A DNA stretch of 64,000 bases from a virus, in IMG/VR virus record IMGVR_UViG_3300042444_000045, positions 53,769 to 117,768 of that record. The stretch is one strand, 5' to 3'. Below are positions 9,917 through 18,825 of this stretch, in pieces. Under the pieces are notes generated by a model. That model was not told the DNA's origin and ran no database searches. It saw only the letters and a program-made list of their open reading frames with translations. The position numbers were made by a program, and so were the translations under genes. Every line of letters starts with the position of its first letter. Position 1 is the first letter of the stretch.

Positions 9917-10198
9917 TTAACAGTTCCACTTTCTTAAAGACTTATTGATCCTTGAGTTAGGATCATTAGCTGTCTTAGAGCTTGTTAGTTTTTTCTTCAT
10001 ACCAGACATTCTAGCACAAAATGATTTTCTCCTATTAGCATCTTTACTATCTGGAGCAAGCTTTGAGGGTTTAGTTGTTACCGCAGTTTTTAATTTACTA
10101 CCTGGATTAGCTTTTCTATATGATGCAACACCTTTAGCATTAAGACCTCCTGCTGGATTCTTACCTTCTTTTCTTTGCCATGCTGGAGACTTTGCCAT
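9917..10198 (-). CDS. Small basic phage protein (DUF6321-like)
   Basis: AWQRKEGKNPAGGLNAKG...RRKSFCARM...SRINKSLRKWNC, a family common in environmental phages. Confidence 0.65.
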   Translation of the reverse strand: MAKSPAWQRKEGKNPAGGLNAKGVASYRKANPGSKLKTAVTTKPSKLAPDSKDANRRKSFCARMSGMKKKLTSSKTANDPNSRINKSLRKWNC

Positions 10199-10200
10199 AA

Positions 10201-10383
10201 TTATGCTTTTACACAGTTATTAACTACTTTACCATTTAGTACCTTAGTACCCTTTTTAATATAACCAGGCCAACAATTTTTACTAGAACCACCAAGTTGT
10301 GCTTTTGGAATAGATTTAGGTTTCTTTCCAGCTTTCTTCATTGAGATAGCAATAGCTGCTTGTTGAGCTCTAGTCTTAGCCAT
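10201..10383 (-). CDS. Small basic protein with CWxGY...NCV motif
   Basis: AQQAAIAISMKKAGKKPK; AQLGGS; CWPGYIKKGTKVLNGKVVNNCVK. Confidence 0.6.
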   Translation of the reverse strand: MAKTRAQQAAIAISMKKAGKKPKSIPKAQLGGSSKNCWPGYIKKGTKVLNGKVVNNCVKA

Positions 10384-10385
10384 AA

Positions 10386-10610
10386 TTACTTACTGAATGT
10401 TTTAAGAACACTCATTTGTTGTTGAGCAAGTTTCTTAACATCATTCATCATCTTAGTATCCTTACGAATTTCATCTGCTCTTTTAAGAGTACTAAGTGCT
10501 GATTCAATTTCCCACTTTCTCATTTCTGCTTTTGGAGTAGCAACATTAGTCATACTTGTTGATGCTCTCTTTACAGGAGTTTTTTTAGTTGTTGTTTTTT
10601 TAATTGCCAT
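10386..10610 (-). CDS. Small basic protein (probable start MAIKKTTTKK)
   Basis: ORF track 10386-10661; internal ATG directly after the upstream stop codon. Confidence 0.55.
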   Translation of the reverse strand: MAIKKTTTKKTPVKRASTSMTNVATPKAEMRKWEIESALSTLKRADEIRKDTKMMNDVKKLAQQQMSVLKTFSK

Positions 10611-10611
10611 C

Positions 10612-10878
10612 TTATCTAAATCTTGATGCCTTCTTTGCAATATTCTTAGGCTGTTTAACAAATTGTTTTCCTTTACTATTACCTGCAGCTTTTGCTTTAT
10701 TAGTAGCTGCTTTTTCTCCTGCAGATAATGCTGACCAAGCTGCCTCGGGCAAGTATCTTTTCTTGCCCTTGGACTTAACTTCTTTGGAAGATCCCTTCTT
10801 TTTATTAGCCGCAGTTCCAGAGGTCATCCACTTTTGTGCACCCCAATCTCTAAGACTTTGTTGAGGATCTTTTGCCAT
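10612..10878 (-). CDS. DUF5872-like protein, C-terminal half
   Basis: QQSLRDWGAQKW...KRYLPEAAWSALS..EKAATNKAK..GKQFVKQP. Confidence 0.55.
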   Translation of the reverse strand: MAKDPQQSLRDWGAQKWMTSGTAANKKKGSSKEVKSKGKKRYLPEAAWSALSAGEKAATNKAKAAGNSKGKQFVKQPKNIAKKASRFR

Positions 10879-11075
10879 TACTTCTTCGTTTTATAGCCAC
10901 CACCTTTAGCCTTGTATTCCTTGGCCATTAGTTGTGCTTTTCTAGCTGACCACTCTCCAGGATCTCCACCTTTAGTACCGGCTTTAATTCTCTTGAATAT
11001 AGTCTCACGCATACCAGGCTTAGTGTAGACACCAGCCTGGTTTACTTTGCTTTTAGTTGTTTTCTTAACAGCCAT
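10878..11075 (-). CDS. DUF5872-like protein, N-terminal half
   Basis: YTKPGMRE...IKAGTKGGDPGEWSARKAQLMAKEYKAKGGGY. Confidence 0.6.
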   Translation of the reverse strand: MAVKKTTKSKVNQAGVYTKPGMRETIFKRIKAGTKGGDPGEWSARKAQLMAKEYKAKGGGYKTKK

Positions 11076-11959
11076 TATTTCTTACGCATTACCATACCAT
11101 ACTTAGCTTTAGGTACAGCAGTCTTAGGAGCAGAACTTGTTCCACCAACTCTACCTCTAGCAACTTTAGATGCGGCAGCTTTAGGATTAACACCAGATTT
11201 AACACCATGTGACCCAGCAGATTTTAATGCAGAAACTTTTGCATTAGAATTTACCATACCACCAGTTTTCATTTTAACCTTTCTTACAGGTTTTAAATTA
11301 TAAACTTCTGTTCCTCCTGTTTCTTTAACTTCTTTTTTACCAGCTTTAGTATAAGGAACATATAGACCAGTATCTGTTCCACGTGCAGCTCCAGATACAT
11401 ACATACCTTTGCCTTTTTCAGCTTTTCTTTCAGCAGCTTTTTTATTCATGGTACGTCCACCATCTTGCATTTTTTTAACCATACCCCCAGTCTTCATAAT
11501 TTTTCTAGATGGTTTCATTTCATTTGAAGAAACCATTCCTGTTTCTTTTGCATCTTTTTTACCAGCTCTAGTAAATGGAACATAGGTACCTTTATTATTC
11601 TCACTACCAGGAGCATCTTTAGTACCCATTTTATAACTAGTAAAGCCTTTACCTTTTGCAGATTTTCTTTCAGCAGCTTTTGCACTAATTGCACGGCCAC
11701 CGTCTTGATATTTTTTAACAGCACCACCTTTTTTCATGCCTGGTCCACCCATACCTGATCTAGCATCTCTAACTGCACTAGCAACTTGAGCTGCACTTGC
11801 TGCAGTTTTAGCTACATTGCCTGTAATGTTAGATACTTTGTCATATGTAGAGGGTTCAGTACCAGCTTCAATTCTTTTAAGTTTAGCTGCTTTTTTAGCA
11901 TTTCTAATATCTGCACCGGTTACTTTACCACCGTCATCATATTTCTTTTTAGTTTTCAT
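11075..11959 (-). CDS. Lys/Ala/Gly-rich protein with internal duplication and multiple xxGG motifs
   Basis: YDDGG, MKKGG, YQDGG, MKTGG (x2), MQDGG; duplicated KAAERK..KGKG...YVPxTxAGKK..KETG unit. Confidence 0.65.
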   Translation of the reverse strand: MKTKKKYDDGGKVTGADIRNAKKAAKLKRIEAGTEPSTYDKVSNITGNVAKTAASAAQVASAVRDARSGMGGPGMKKGGAVKKYQDGGRAISAKAAERKSAKGKGFTSYKMGTKDAPGSENNKGTYVPFTRAGKKDAKETGMVSSNEMKPSRKIMKTGGMVKKMQDGGRTMNKKAAERKAEKGKGMYVSGAARGTDTGLYVPYTKAGKKEVKETGGTEVYNLKPVRKVKMKTGGMVNSNAKVSALKSAGSHGVKSGVNPKAAASKVARGRVGGTSSAPKTAVPKAKYGMVMRKK

Positions 11960-11971
11960 TTTATTTTAAGT

Positions 11972-12988
11972 TTAAGAATTCCAAAATTTCTCACAGGCTT
12001 TGTTGAGATCAATTAAAACATCCTCATTAAGTGGGTTCTTCAAGTACTCAATTACATCTGAAACATTTCTTCCTAACATTGAATTAGTTTTAGAATGATA
12101 GATGTAACCATCTGCCTTATTAATAATATACTTAAAAAATATGGAATCTCTTACAATTGATTTGATTTTAAGTGTTTCCATATCCATATTTACAGCTTCA
12201 AGGAAAGACTTAGCTGCTCTTTCTTTGTTGTTCTCAACACCTTCACCATTAATGTACAAGTCCATGTTCTCATACATAACATCATTAGGTGTTGATTTTC
12301 TATATTGTGTACTGTTACCATCTACTACTTTAGCTACATAGAATAGTTTAGTACTGTTTTTGTCAAATAATTTCTGAAGTTCAGAAAGTGCTTTGTTACG
12401 CATTTTCTTGTATTCAGTTCTTGCAATAACTGTCTGCTCTTGTTTGTCTAAGTAAAACTTAGGTGGAACAGCTCTTGATCTTGCATCATCAAAGCTTTTT
12501 GCTACAATAGAAAAACCTCCAGCTTCAATAGCATATAGTTTAATTCTATCATATGGATCTGTAGGATCTAAGAATAAAGGATCATTACCACATGCAATAT
12601 GAATTCTATTCCAGAAATCTTTATTGTCAGGCTTAAGTAACTTTACTTTGTTCCAGAACTGTGGATCATCAATCTCTATAACATTAGCTGCTAACTCTGT
12701 CTCAAGTTCAGCAATAGCTGTTCTAATTTCTTTTACTCTTGCTTCTTTATCATTACCTTTTAGAAGTTTAATCTCTGGTGCAAATTCATTTAGACCAGTA
12801 AGATATCTAATAACTCCGTTTTGCTCTAAGCAAGCAAGTTGTTCAAAATGCTTAACTCCGTCATACAGAGATAAGCCATAATTTTCTAGTCCCATATTAG
12901 AGACTGCATTGTCAAAGAACGGTCTTACAGCAATTGCTGTTTTCTTTACGGTACCATTGCCCGTTTCTACCATTGTGAAATTTTCCAT
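11972..12988 (-). CDS. Conserved crAss-like protein downstream of MCP (gene 75-like)
   Basis: Gene order MCP then this gene; 338 aa; AAAACCAAC leader. Confidence 0.5.
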   Translation of the reverse strand: MENFTMVETGNGTVKKTAIAVRPFFDNAVSNMGLENYGLSLYDGVKHFEQLACLEQNGVIRYLTGLNEFAPEIKLLKGNDKEARVKEIRTAIAELETELAANVIEIDDPQFWNKVKLLKPDNKDFWNRIHIACGNDPLFLDPTDPYDRIKLYAIEAGGFSIVAKSFDDARSRAVPPKFYLDKQEQTVIARTEYKKMRNKALSELQKLFDKNSTKLFYVAKVVDGNSTQYRKSTPNDVMYENMDLYINGEGVENNKERAAKSFLEAVNMDMETLKIKSIVRDSIFFKYIINKADGYIYHSKTNSMLGRNVSDVIEYLKNPLNEDVLIDLNKACEKFWNS

Positions 12989-13072
12989 GTTTTGTTGGTT
13001 TTATTTTTGTGTTGGTTAAATATAAAGAAAAAAAGGGAGGAGTTTCCCCCTCCCTCTCCTTTCTAGTTTAGA

Positions 13073-14689
13073 TTAGAATGATCCACCTGTTACAGGGTTT
13101 CTCATAACAATTTTTAAAACTTTAGTTGGGTCTTTAACCCAGATAGCTGGCATTGTTTGGCTCATCATTACACGGTAACCATTGAACTGACCAGAAGACT
13201 GGAAGCCTTGGCTACGTCCCATGTAGTCCATAGTACCATTTTGATACCACCATTTCAATTGGTTATCCCAAGACAATTTCAACAAGAAGATGTTGTCATT
13301 AGTATTGTCAGTGATATCAAAGATAATGAATGAGTAAGAAGATAATGGGAAACCATCAATGATTGGGTTCTCAATATCATTTGTATGAACATTGTCAAAT
13401 GCTGGGTTAAGAACAAACTTAACATTTGCCAAGAATGGGATTACATATGAAGTATATGCAAAACCAAAGTTCAAGTCCATACCTTTACCAGTGATTGCAC
13501 CGATATCAGCAGCCTGGATAAGAAGACCAGAAGAGATAGCCTCTTGTTTGATAGCCTCATTAACCATTCTCATACCACCCATACCAGTTTGTACAACTAG
13601 GCTACGTTTTGGATCTGGACCTTGGAATTCAACTTTACCATTGAAGAAGTTGTAGATCTCAGAACGGAACAAGTCAAGTGTGAAGTTGTTTTTGTTGTAT
13701 ACTCTTTTGAATGAGTTATCCAACTGCTTCCAAAGACCCACAGACAATCTAACATCATCTGGACCATCTTGACGAACTCTACCACCATGTCCCCACATTA
13801 AGTAAGTCTCAATGTCAGTTGCAATTTTGCTCAAGTGAGCTGCTTCCATGTTTGTTAAGAAAGTACGTGACAAGTTACCGTTGTCAAATGCTTTTTTAAC
13901 AGAGTCTTTACCCATTACTTTAACCATGTCTTCCAAAGAAGAAATTGATGGATCCATAGTTTTGTCATATGATCTCCAGATCTCAGTTACAGGAACTGAA
14001 CCATCTGCATTCATTCCACCTTTGATCATCAAGTCAGCACGGCTAGAGATAGAGTAGTGAACGTGAGCTTCTGCACCACCTACGTAGTTGTAGAATTCAC
14101 GGAAACCTGCATTAGTAATGATGTCAGAGAATCTCTCACCATACTCACCACGTGCAGAACCTTTACGGAATACTTTAGTACCGTTAGCTAAATACTTGTC
14201 ATCAAGATATTTATAGTTGTCGTTGTTTACTAACTGAACAGTATAGATGTAACCATCACCTAAAGGAAGAATATCTTCTTGTGTAATGTACATCTCAACA
14301 CCATTGTATTTGTCATAAGTGATGATATCACCATGTCCAAATTCTCTTTTGTTAAGTTTGATACGGAATGTAGTACCATCAACACCTTTGAAGTTGTTGT
14401 CTGGTTCAATATCCTCAACAATGTAAGGAAGGTCAATAGAAACCGGAGTTTGCCATCTGTATTCCCCACGTGCGTTATCTACCATGATAACATTTTTGCC
14501 ACCAAATGAAGACATCTGATAAAGAGGCATTTCAACTTTTTGAGCCATAGCCCATAGATCCACTGGACCAAGGTCCATTGGCTCTGCATCTTTCAGCATA
14601 TTCACCAAGTGGTAAGAATCCACATGGGAACTTGCATTGTAAGCGGTATCCCTGAGGAATATACCATTGTTCATTACTGGAGTTGCCAT
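13073..14689 (-). CDS. Major capsid protein (crAss-like)
   Basis: 538 aa, two genes after portal; IETYLMWG, SVGLWKQL, TGMGGM, FVLNPAFD motifs typical of crAss-like MCP; hairpin downstream at about 13025-13063. Confidence 0.8.
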   Translation of the reverse strand: MATPVMNNGIFLRDTAYNASSHVDSYHLVNMLKDAEPMDLGPVDLWAMAQKVEMPLYQMSSFGGKNVIMVDNARGEYRWQTPVSIDLPYIVEDIEPDNNFKGVDGTTFRIKLNKREFGHGDIITYDKYNGVEMYITQEDILPLGDGYIYTVQLVNNDNYKYLDDKYLANGTKVFRKGSARGEYGERFSDIITNAGFREFYNYVGGAEAHVHYSISSRADLMIKGGMNADGSVPVTEIWRSYDKTMDPSISSLEDMVKVMGKDSVKKAFDNGNLSRTFLTNMEAAHLSKIATDIETYLMWGHGGRVRQDGPDDVRLSVGLWKQLDNSFKRVYNKNNFTLDLFRSEIYNFFNGKVEFQGPDPKRSLVVQTGMGGMRMVNEAIKQEAISSGLLIQAADIGAITGKGMDLNFGFAYTSYVIPFLANVKFVLNPAFDNVHTNDIENPIIDGFPLSSYSFIIFDITDNTNDNIFLLKLSWDNQLKWWYQNGTMDYMGRSQGFQSSGQFNGYRVMMSQTMPAIWVKDPTKVLKIVMRNPVTGGSF

Positions 14690-14717
14690 TGTATATATTA
14701 ATTTAAATTGTTACTAA

Positions 14718-15980
14718 TTAAAATCTCTTGAACAAATTATTTGGTCTTGAGAGTGTTCTTTGCGGTTTATTACCCGCTCTTCTTGGTTCATCAGACTCTT
14801 GTATTGAAGAAGAAGTAATTTTTCTTGCCTCTTCTGTTTTAAGTTGTCTAACTGTTTTCTCTACAGCAGCCTTAGAACCTTGTTCTTTAATCTTGCCTTT
14901 GTATCCTTCTGGATCAGAAAGTAACCAAAGAGCTTCTGAAATAAGATCATGTCTTGGTTCTACAAACTGATACTTTTCTAAAAGATGTCCTAATAAGTTA
15001 GTTTGTCTTCCAGAGATAGATGGATAACTTGGTTGTACTAATCCTGAGTATAACATACTCTGGGTTTTCTTATCAAGTTTAATTCCATTTAAGTCACCTG
15101 CAACAAGTGTGTTATACACATTCTCTGTGTATACTCTTGCTTGTTGAGCTTGTTGTTCTTTTTTGTGCTCTTGTTCTGCAAGTTTTCTAGCTACTACTTC
15201 TTCTTGCATTCTGTCTAACTGTGGTTTAAACTGTTGAGCTTTTGCTTCTAGTTTACCCATATCGGCCCAGTCATTGATTTCAGCTTCAATCTCTTCTGGA
15301 GAGCCAAATCTTTTAGCATATAAGTATTGTCTTGCAATCTCTGCTTGATCATACTCATTACTTGGATCTAGATCAATTACTTCTTCTACCTCTGCAAGAG
15401 TTCTAAAGAGAGCTTTTAAATCTGTACCACCATCAGCTACATATTTAGCTGCTACTTGAAGTTCTTCAGGAAGAGATTGAAAGAACTCTCTTGGAGTATC
15501 TTGTCTGATCTTATTCTCTCTTTCTTGGAAGTTAGCTTCAAATAATTCTCTGAAGTCTTTAGTAGTATATTCCTCTAATGGTTTGTCATCATCAAAGGGA
15601 ATAAGTGTACCTTCTTCAATCATCTTTAGGGCTAGCTCAGAAAGACCGGACTTATCTACTTTAGGTCTTCCTTTGTTACCAGTTTCTTCTTCTTGACTAA
15701 TCATGTCATCAAGTTGAGCTATTGCTTCATCAACTTGCTTTGCTGATACTGGTGCTGCTGGATCAGGATTATCATCTTTCTTGTCAAGGAACGTGGTGTC
15801 TAAATCCTGTGTTTTTGAGAACACAGACTTTGGACTGTCATTTGAACTATCAGTATCTGAGGGTAACATTACATTCTCTGCCCCAGGCATTCCAAATAGT
15901 TCATCAATGTTTACATCTACCTGACCTACCGTTGTAGAGTCTTGTACCTGATCTTCAGGCTTTTTGTTGGTTTCTTCCAT
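14718..15980 (-). CDS. Acidic scaffold-like protein between portal and MCP
   Basis: Acidic disordered N-terminus, helical/coiled-coil body, conserved position. Confidence 0.55.
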   Translation of the reverse strand: MEETNKKPEDQVQDSTTVGQVDVNIDELFGMPGAENVMLPSDTDSSNDSPKSVFSKTQDLDTTFLDKKDDNPDPAAPVSAKQVDEAIAQLDDMISQEEETGNKGRPKVDKSGLSELALKMIEEGTLIPFDDDKPLEEYTTKDFRELFEANFQERENKIRQDTPREFFQSLPEELQVAAKYVADGGTDLKALFRTLAEVEEVIDLDPSNEYDQAEIARQYLYAKRFGSPEEIEAEINDWADMGKLEAKAQQFKPQLDRMQEEVVARKLAEQEHKKEQQAQQARVYTENVYNTLVAGDLNGIKLDKKTQSMLYSGLVQPSYPSISGRQTNLLGHLLEKYQFVEPRHDLISEALWLLSDPEGYKGKIKEQGSKAAVEKTVRQLKTEEARKITSSSIQESDEPRRAGNKPQRTLSRPNNLFKRF

Positions 15981-16075
15981 TACTGTTGGTTTTGGTTATA
16001 ATTTAATATACAAAATAAACTTCAAATATTTAAAATAGGAATGATAATTTTTTGGACTATATAGCTAGCCATTAT

Positions 16076-18820
16076 CTATTTCTTCTCAGAAGATTTTTTA
16101 TCAAATCTATTTTTATTTTCTCTAGCTACTTGTAGTTGTTTATCTGCTATTTCTCTCTGAGTTTGTAACTTCTGTCTTTCAAGATCCATCTTCTGAGATT
16201 GTCTCATGTTTTCATTAGTTTGTTTCTCTCTTTGAAGATCTGTTTGTTGTTGATACTGCTCTGTTTGTCTAATATCTTTCATGGCATCCATATAGTCAGA
16301 TTCCATGTTTTTATTTACATCAGTCATAGCACCCATACCGGCAGCTCTAATTTCAGCAACTAGAATATCTCTTTGTCTATCTTTCTCTTTCTCAGCAGCA
16401 ACAGAATCAATTTTCATTTTCTCAATTTGTTGTTGAGACTGAATTTGTTGTTGCTGCATTTCTTGCTGCTGTTGCATTTCTTGTTGTTTCTGAGCTTGTT
16501 GTTTTTCTTCAGAATCTTTAAGTGCTGTACTAAGTTCAGCTACAGATTCAGATTGAACAACTTTACCTAGATCATAGATAGATGCACCAGTAGTATTATT
16601 TTGCATAGCCATTTGCTTTAACTGTTCAAGAACAGCTCTATGGTTTGCAGTGGTACTACAGAATATGTTAAGGTCTCTCATTAGGAGATCTGTACCATTA
16701 ATCTCAAAATTTACTTTTTCATCTGCTCCACTAATATAACTTAGTCTTGCAGATGGTTTAGTTGAGTTATAGTATTGTGCTAGGTCTGTACGCATTTGAT
16801 GTACTCTAGGCATTAGATAATCACAGTGTTGGATAAAGAATATCTCTGTCTGTGCATAAGAAGCCGCAGCTGCTTGTTCTACACCTGTAGCAGTCATCTG
16901 AGATAACTGTTGTCCCATTCTCTGTGGATTGACACCAATTACTTCATATGCTTGTTGCTTAAAGTGATTAGCCAATTGAATTCTTGACATTAATCTTTCT
17001 GTCTGAGCTAGATCTAATTTTTGGAAATGGTTAAAGTTTAATGCATTCTCTGTATTTGTAATAGATGTATCAAGAGGAAGAATTTGGAAGTTCTTCATTG
17101 CTACATATGCATTAGCATAATTACCCTTACCCCAGTCTTCACCAAGTGAGTGCTTGGGTAAACTATTTTGGTCAAGCATAATTACTGTACCAAGTTCATC
17201 TACTAAGATATCTGCAATCTGATTATTTACAATGTTGTATCCAATCTGGTATGGTTTCATTAAATCAATAAGTGCAGTAGACTTAGTATTTCTATCTGAG
17301 AATACGGAGCCTTCTACTGGCAACTTACAACCATACAAACTATTGTCTCCCTTAAATTGAAACTTAAGTGGAGCAATATGGTTATTCTGTATACCAATAT
17401 AAATTGGAGAAAACCCACCAGGGTTATTCATACCCCAGAAAGAAGGTAAGTTAGGACCAATCTTAATACCACCCCAAACTTCATTTACCCAGATCCAGTC
17501 AATATGCTCTCCAAAGATTACGTTATCTCTTGTCTTGTTCTTAAAGAGTCTTGTATCATATACAGGTTTATCTGTTACCTTATAGTCTTCTGTAATAATT
17601 TCAGTAAGTACTTCTCCGGTATCAGTTACTTTAGTTAGATGACCTACTTTTCTTTGAGACTTCCAGTAACCGGTAGTTACTCTAAGTAAGAATGCTGTAC
17701 CCTGATCAAAGTAGTCTTCTCCTTGTGATAAGATTTGATTTATAATATCTCCACCATTGTATACAGAACCTGCTACAGCAGAAGTATATTGTCTATATGC
17801 AAGTGATGGCATATTAGTATTCCAGTCATGAGTTTTAGTAGCATCATAGAATGAACCATCATTCTGTAGTCCACCAATATTATAACCTGCAGATCTGATA
17901 GGATAAATTGCTTCAAGAGCCTCAAGTTGCTCTTCTGTCATGATATAACCAAACTTATCAATAACATCAGATACAGTAAGCATGTCAATTTTACCTACCC
18001 AGTTACCTTGAGAAATATATCTTGCATCTGGAGATTTATGGTAGAATGTAACTGCAGGATTCCAGAGCTCTACTTCATAATCATCTTCCATCATATGAAA
18101 ATGCCAAAACTCTCTATCTGTAATAAGCATGTCACGGAAACCTCTTTCTTCAAGTTCTTCCATTCTAAATCTCTCAACATCTACTTTATGTTGATGAGTT
18201 GCCCATTCTTCCACCATTGATCTATAACTCTTTTTAAAGAATTGTTCAATTTCGGGAAGTGTTTTGAGTTTGTCTGGAGAAAGTTCTTCTTGTGCTTCTG
18301 CAGATTCTGGATCTAGACCTTGTTCAATGAGAGAAGTAACAATCTTCATCTGAGCATCAGCCATAAGAGTCTCTTCTACCATTGCTCTTTTTTGCTCAAG
18401 CATTTCATTATATGAATGCTCATCAATAGCTCTGTATGTAAGTTTAGTAGATCTCTTAGCAAATTCAGCTACAAGAACATTAACAACATTTGGAATAATA
18501 GGATAGAACTTTAGTTCTAGTACTGAGGGGTCATCTTTGGTAAGTAGTTCTACAACATCTTTGTACTCATTGTTCTCTTCTATAATATAGTCAGTTCTAT
18601 CAATGATACCTTTTGCAAGTTTGTAGTTCTTCATTAACTTGCGGGCATTTCTACGGATTTGTTTTAGACCATTCCATTCTAACCAGTCTAAGTTCCAGGC
18701 AGCCCACTCATCATCCTTCTCTTTCTCAGGTACGAACTGAAGTGGTTGCATAACACTACCAAGTCTGTTTTGCTCAACCTTAGCACCCTTTTTTAATTGT
18801 AAAGCATTATATACCTGCAT
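16076..18820 (-). CDS. Portal protein
   Basis: 914 aa directly after terminase; KFYPIIPNVVNVLVAE, WVNEVWGG, LIDLMKPYQIGYNIVNNQI, Q-rich C-terminal coiled coil. Confidence 0.85.
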   Translation of the reverse strand: MQVYNALQLKKGAKVEQNRLGSVMQPLQFVPEKEKDDEWAAWNLDWLEWNGLKQIRRNARKLMKNYKLAKGIIDRTDYIIEENNEYKDVVELLTKDDPSVLELKFYPIIPNVVNVLVAEFAKRSTKLTYRAIDEHSYNEMLEQKRAMVEETLMADAQMKIVTSLIEQGLDPESAEAQEELSPDKLKTLPEIEQFFKKSYRSMVEEWATHQHKVDVERFRMEELEERGFRDMLITDREFWHFHMMEDDYEVELWNPAVTFYHKSPDARYISQGNWVGKIDMLTVSDVIDKFGYIMTEEQLEALEAIYPIRSAGYNIGGLQNDGSFYDATKTHDWNTNMPSLAYRQYTSAVAGSVYNGGDIINQILSQGEDYFDQGTAFLLRVTTGYWKSQRKVGHLTKVTDTGEVLTEIITEDYKVTDKPVYDTRLFKNKTRDNVIFGEHIDWIWVNEVWGGIKIGPNLPSFWGMNNPGGFSPIYIGIQNNHIAPLKFQFKGDNSLYGCKLPVEGSVFSDRNTKSTALIDLMKPYQIGYNIVNNQIADILVDELGTVIMLDQNSLPKHSLGEDWGKGNYANAYVAMKNFQILPLDTSITNTENALNFNHFQKLDLAQTERLMSRIQLANHFKQQAYEVIGVNPQRMGQQLSQMTATGVEQAAAASYAQTEIFFIQHCDYLMPRVHQMRTDLAQYYNSTKPSARLSYISGADEKVNFEINGTDLLMRDLNIFCSTTANHRAVLEQLKQMAMQNNTTGASIYDLGKVVQSESVAELSTALKDSEEKQQAQKQQEMQQQQEMQQQQIQSQQQIEKMKIDSVAAEKEKDRQRDILVAEIRAAGMGAMTDVNKNMESDYMDAMKDIRQTEQYQQQTDLQREKQTNENMRQSQKMDLERQKLQTQREIADKQLQVARENKNRFDKKSSEKK

Positions 18821-18825
18821 ATCTA

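Noticed and set aside
9232-12881. Plus-strand hydrophobic ORFs opposite the Lys-rich genes
   Set aside because: Antisense shadows (AAA/AAG read as TTT/CTT) with no independent expression signals
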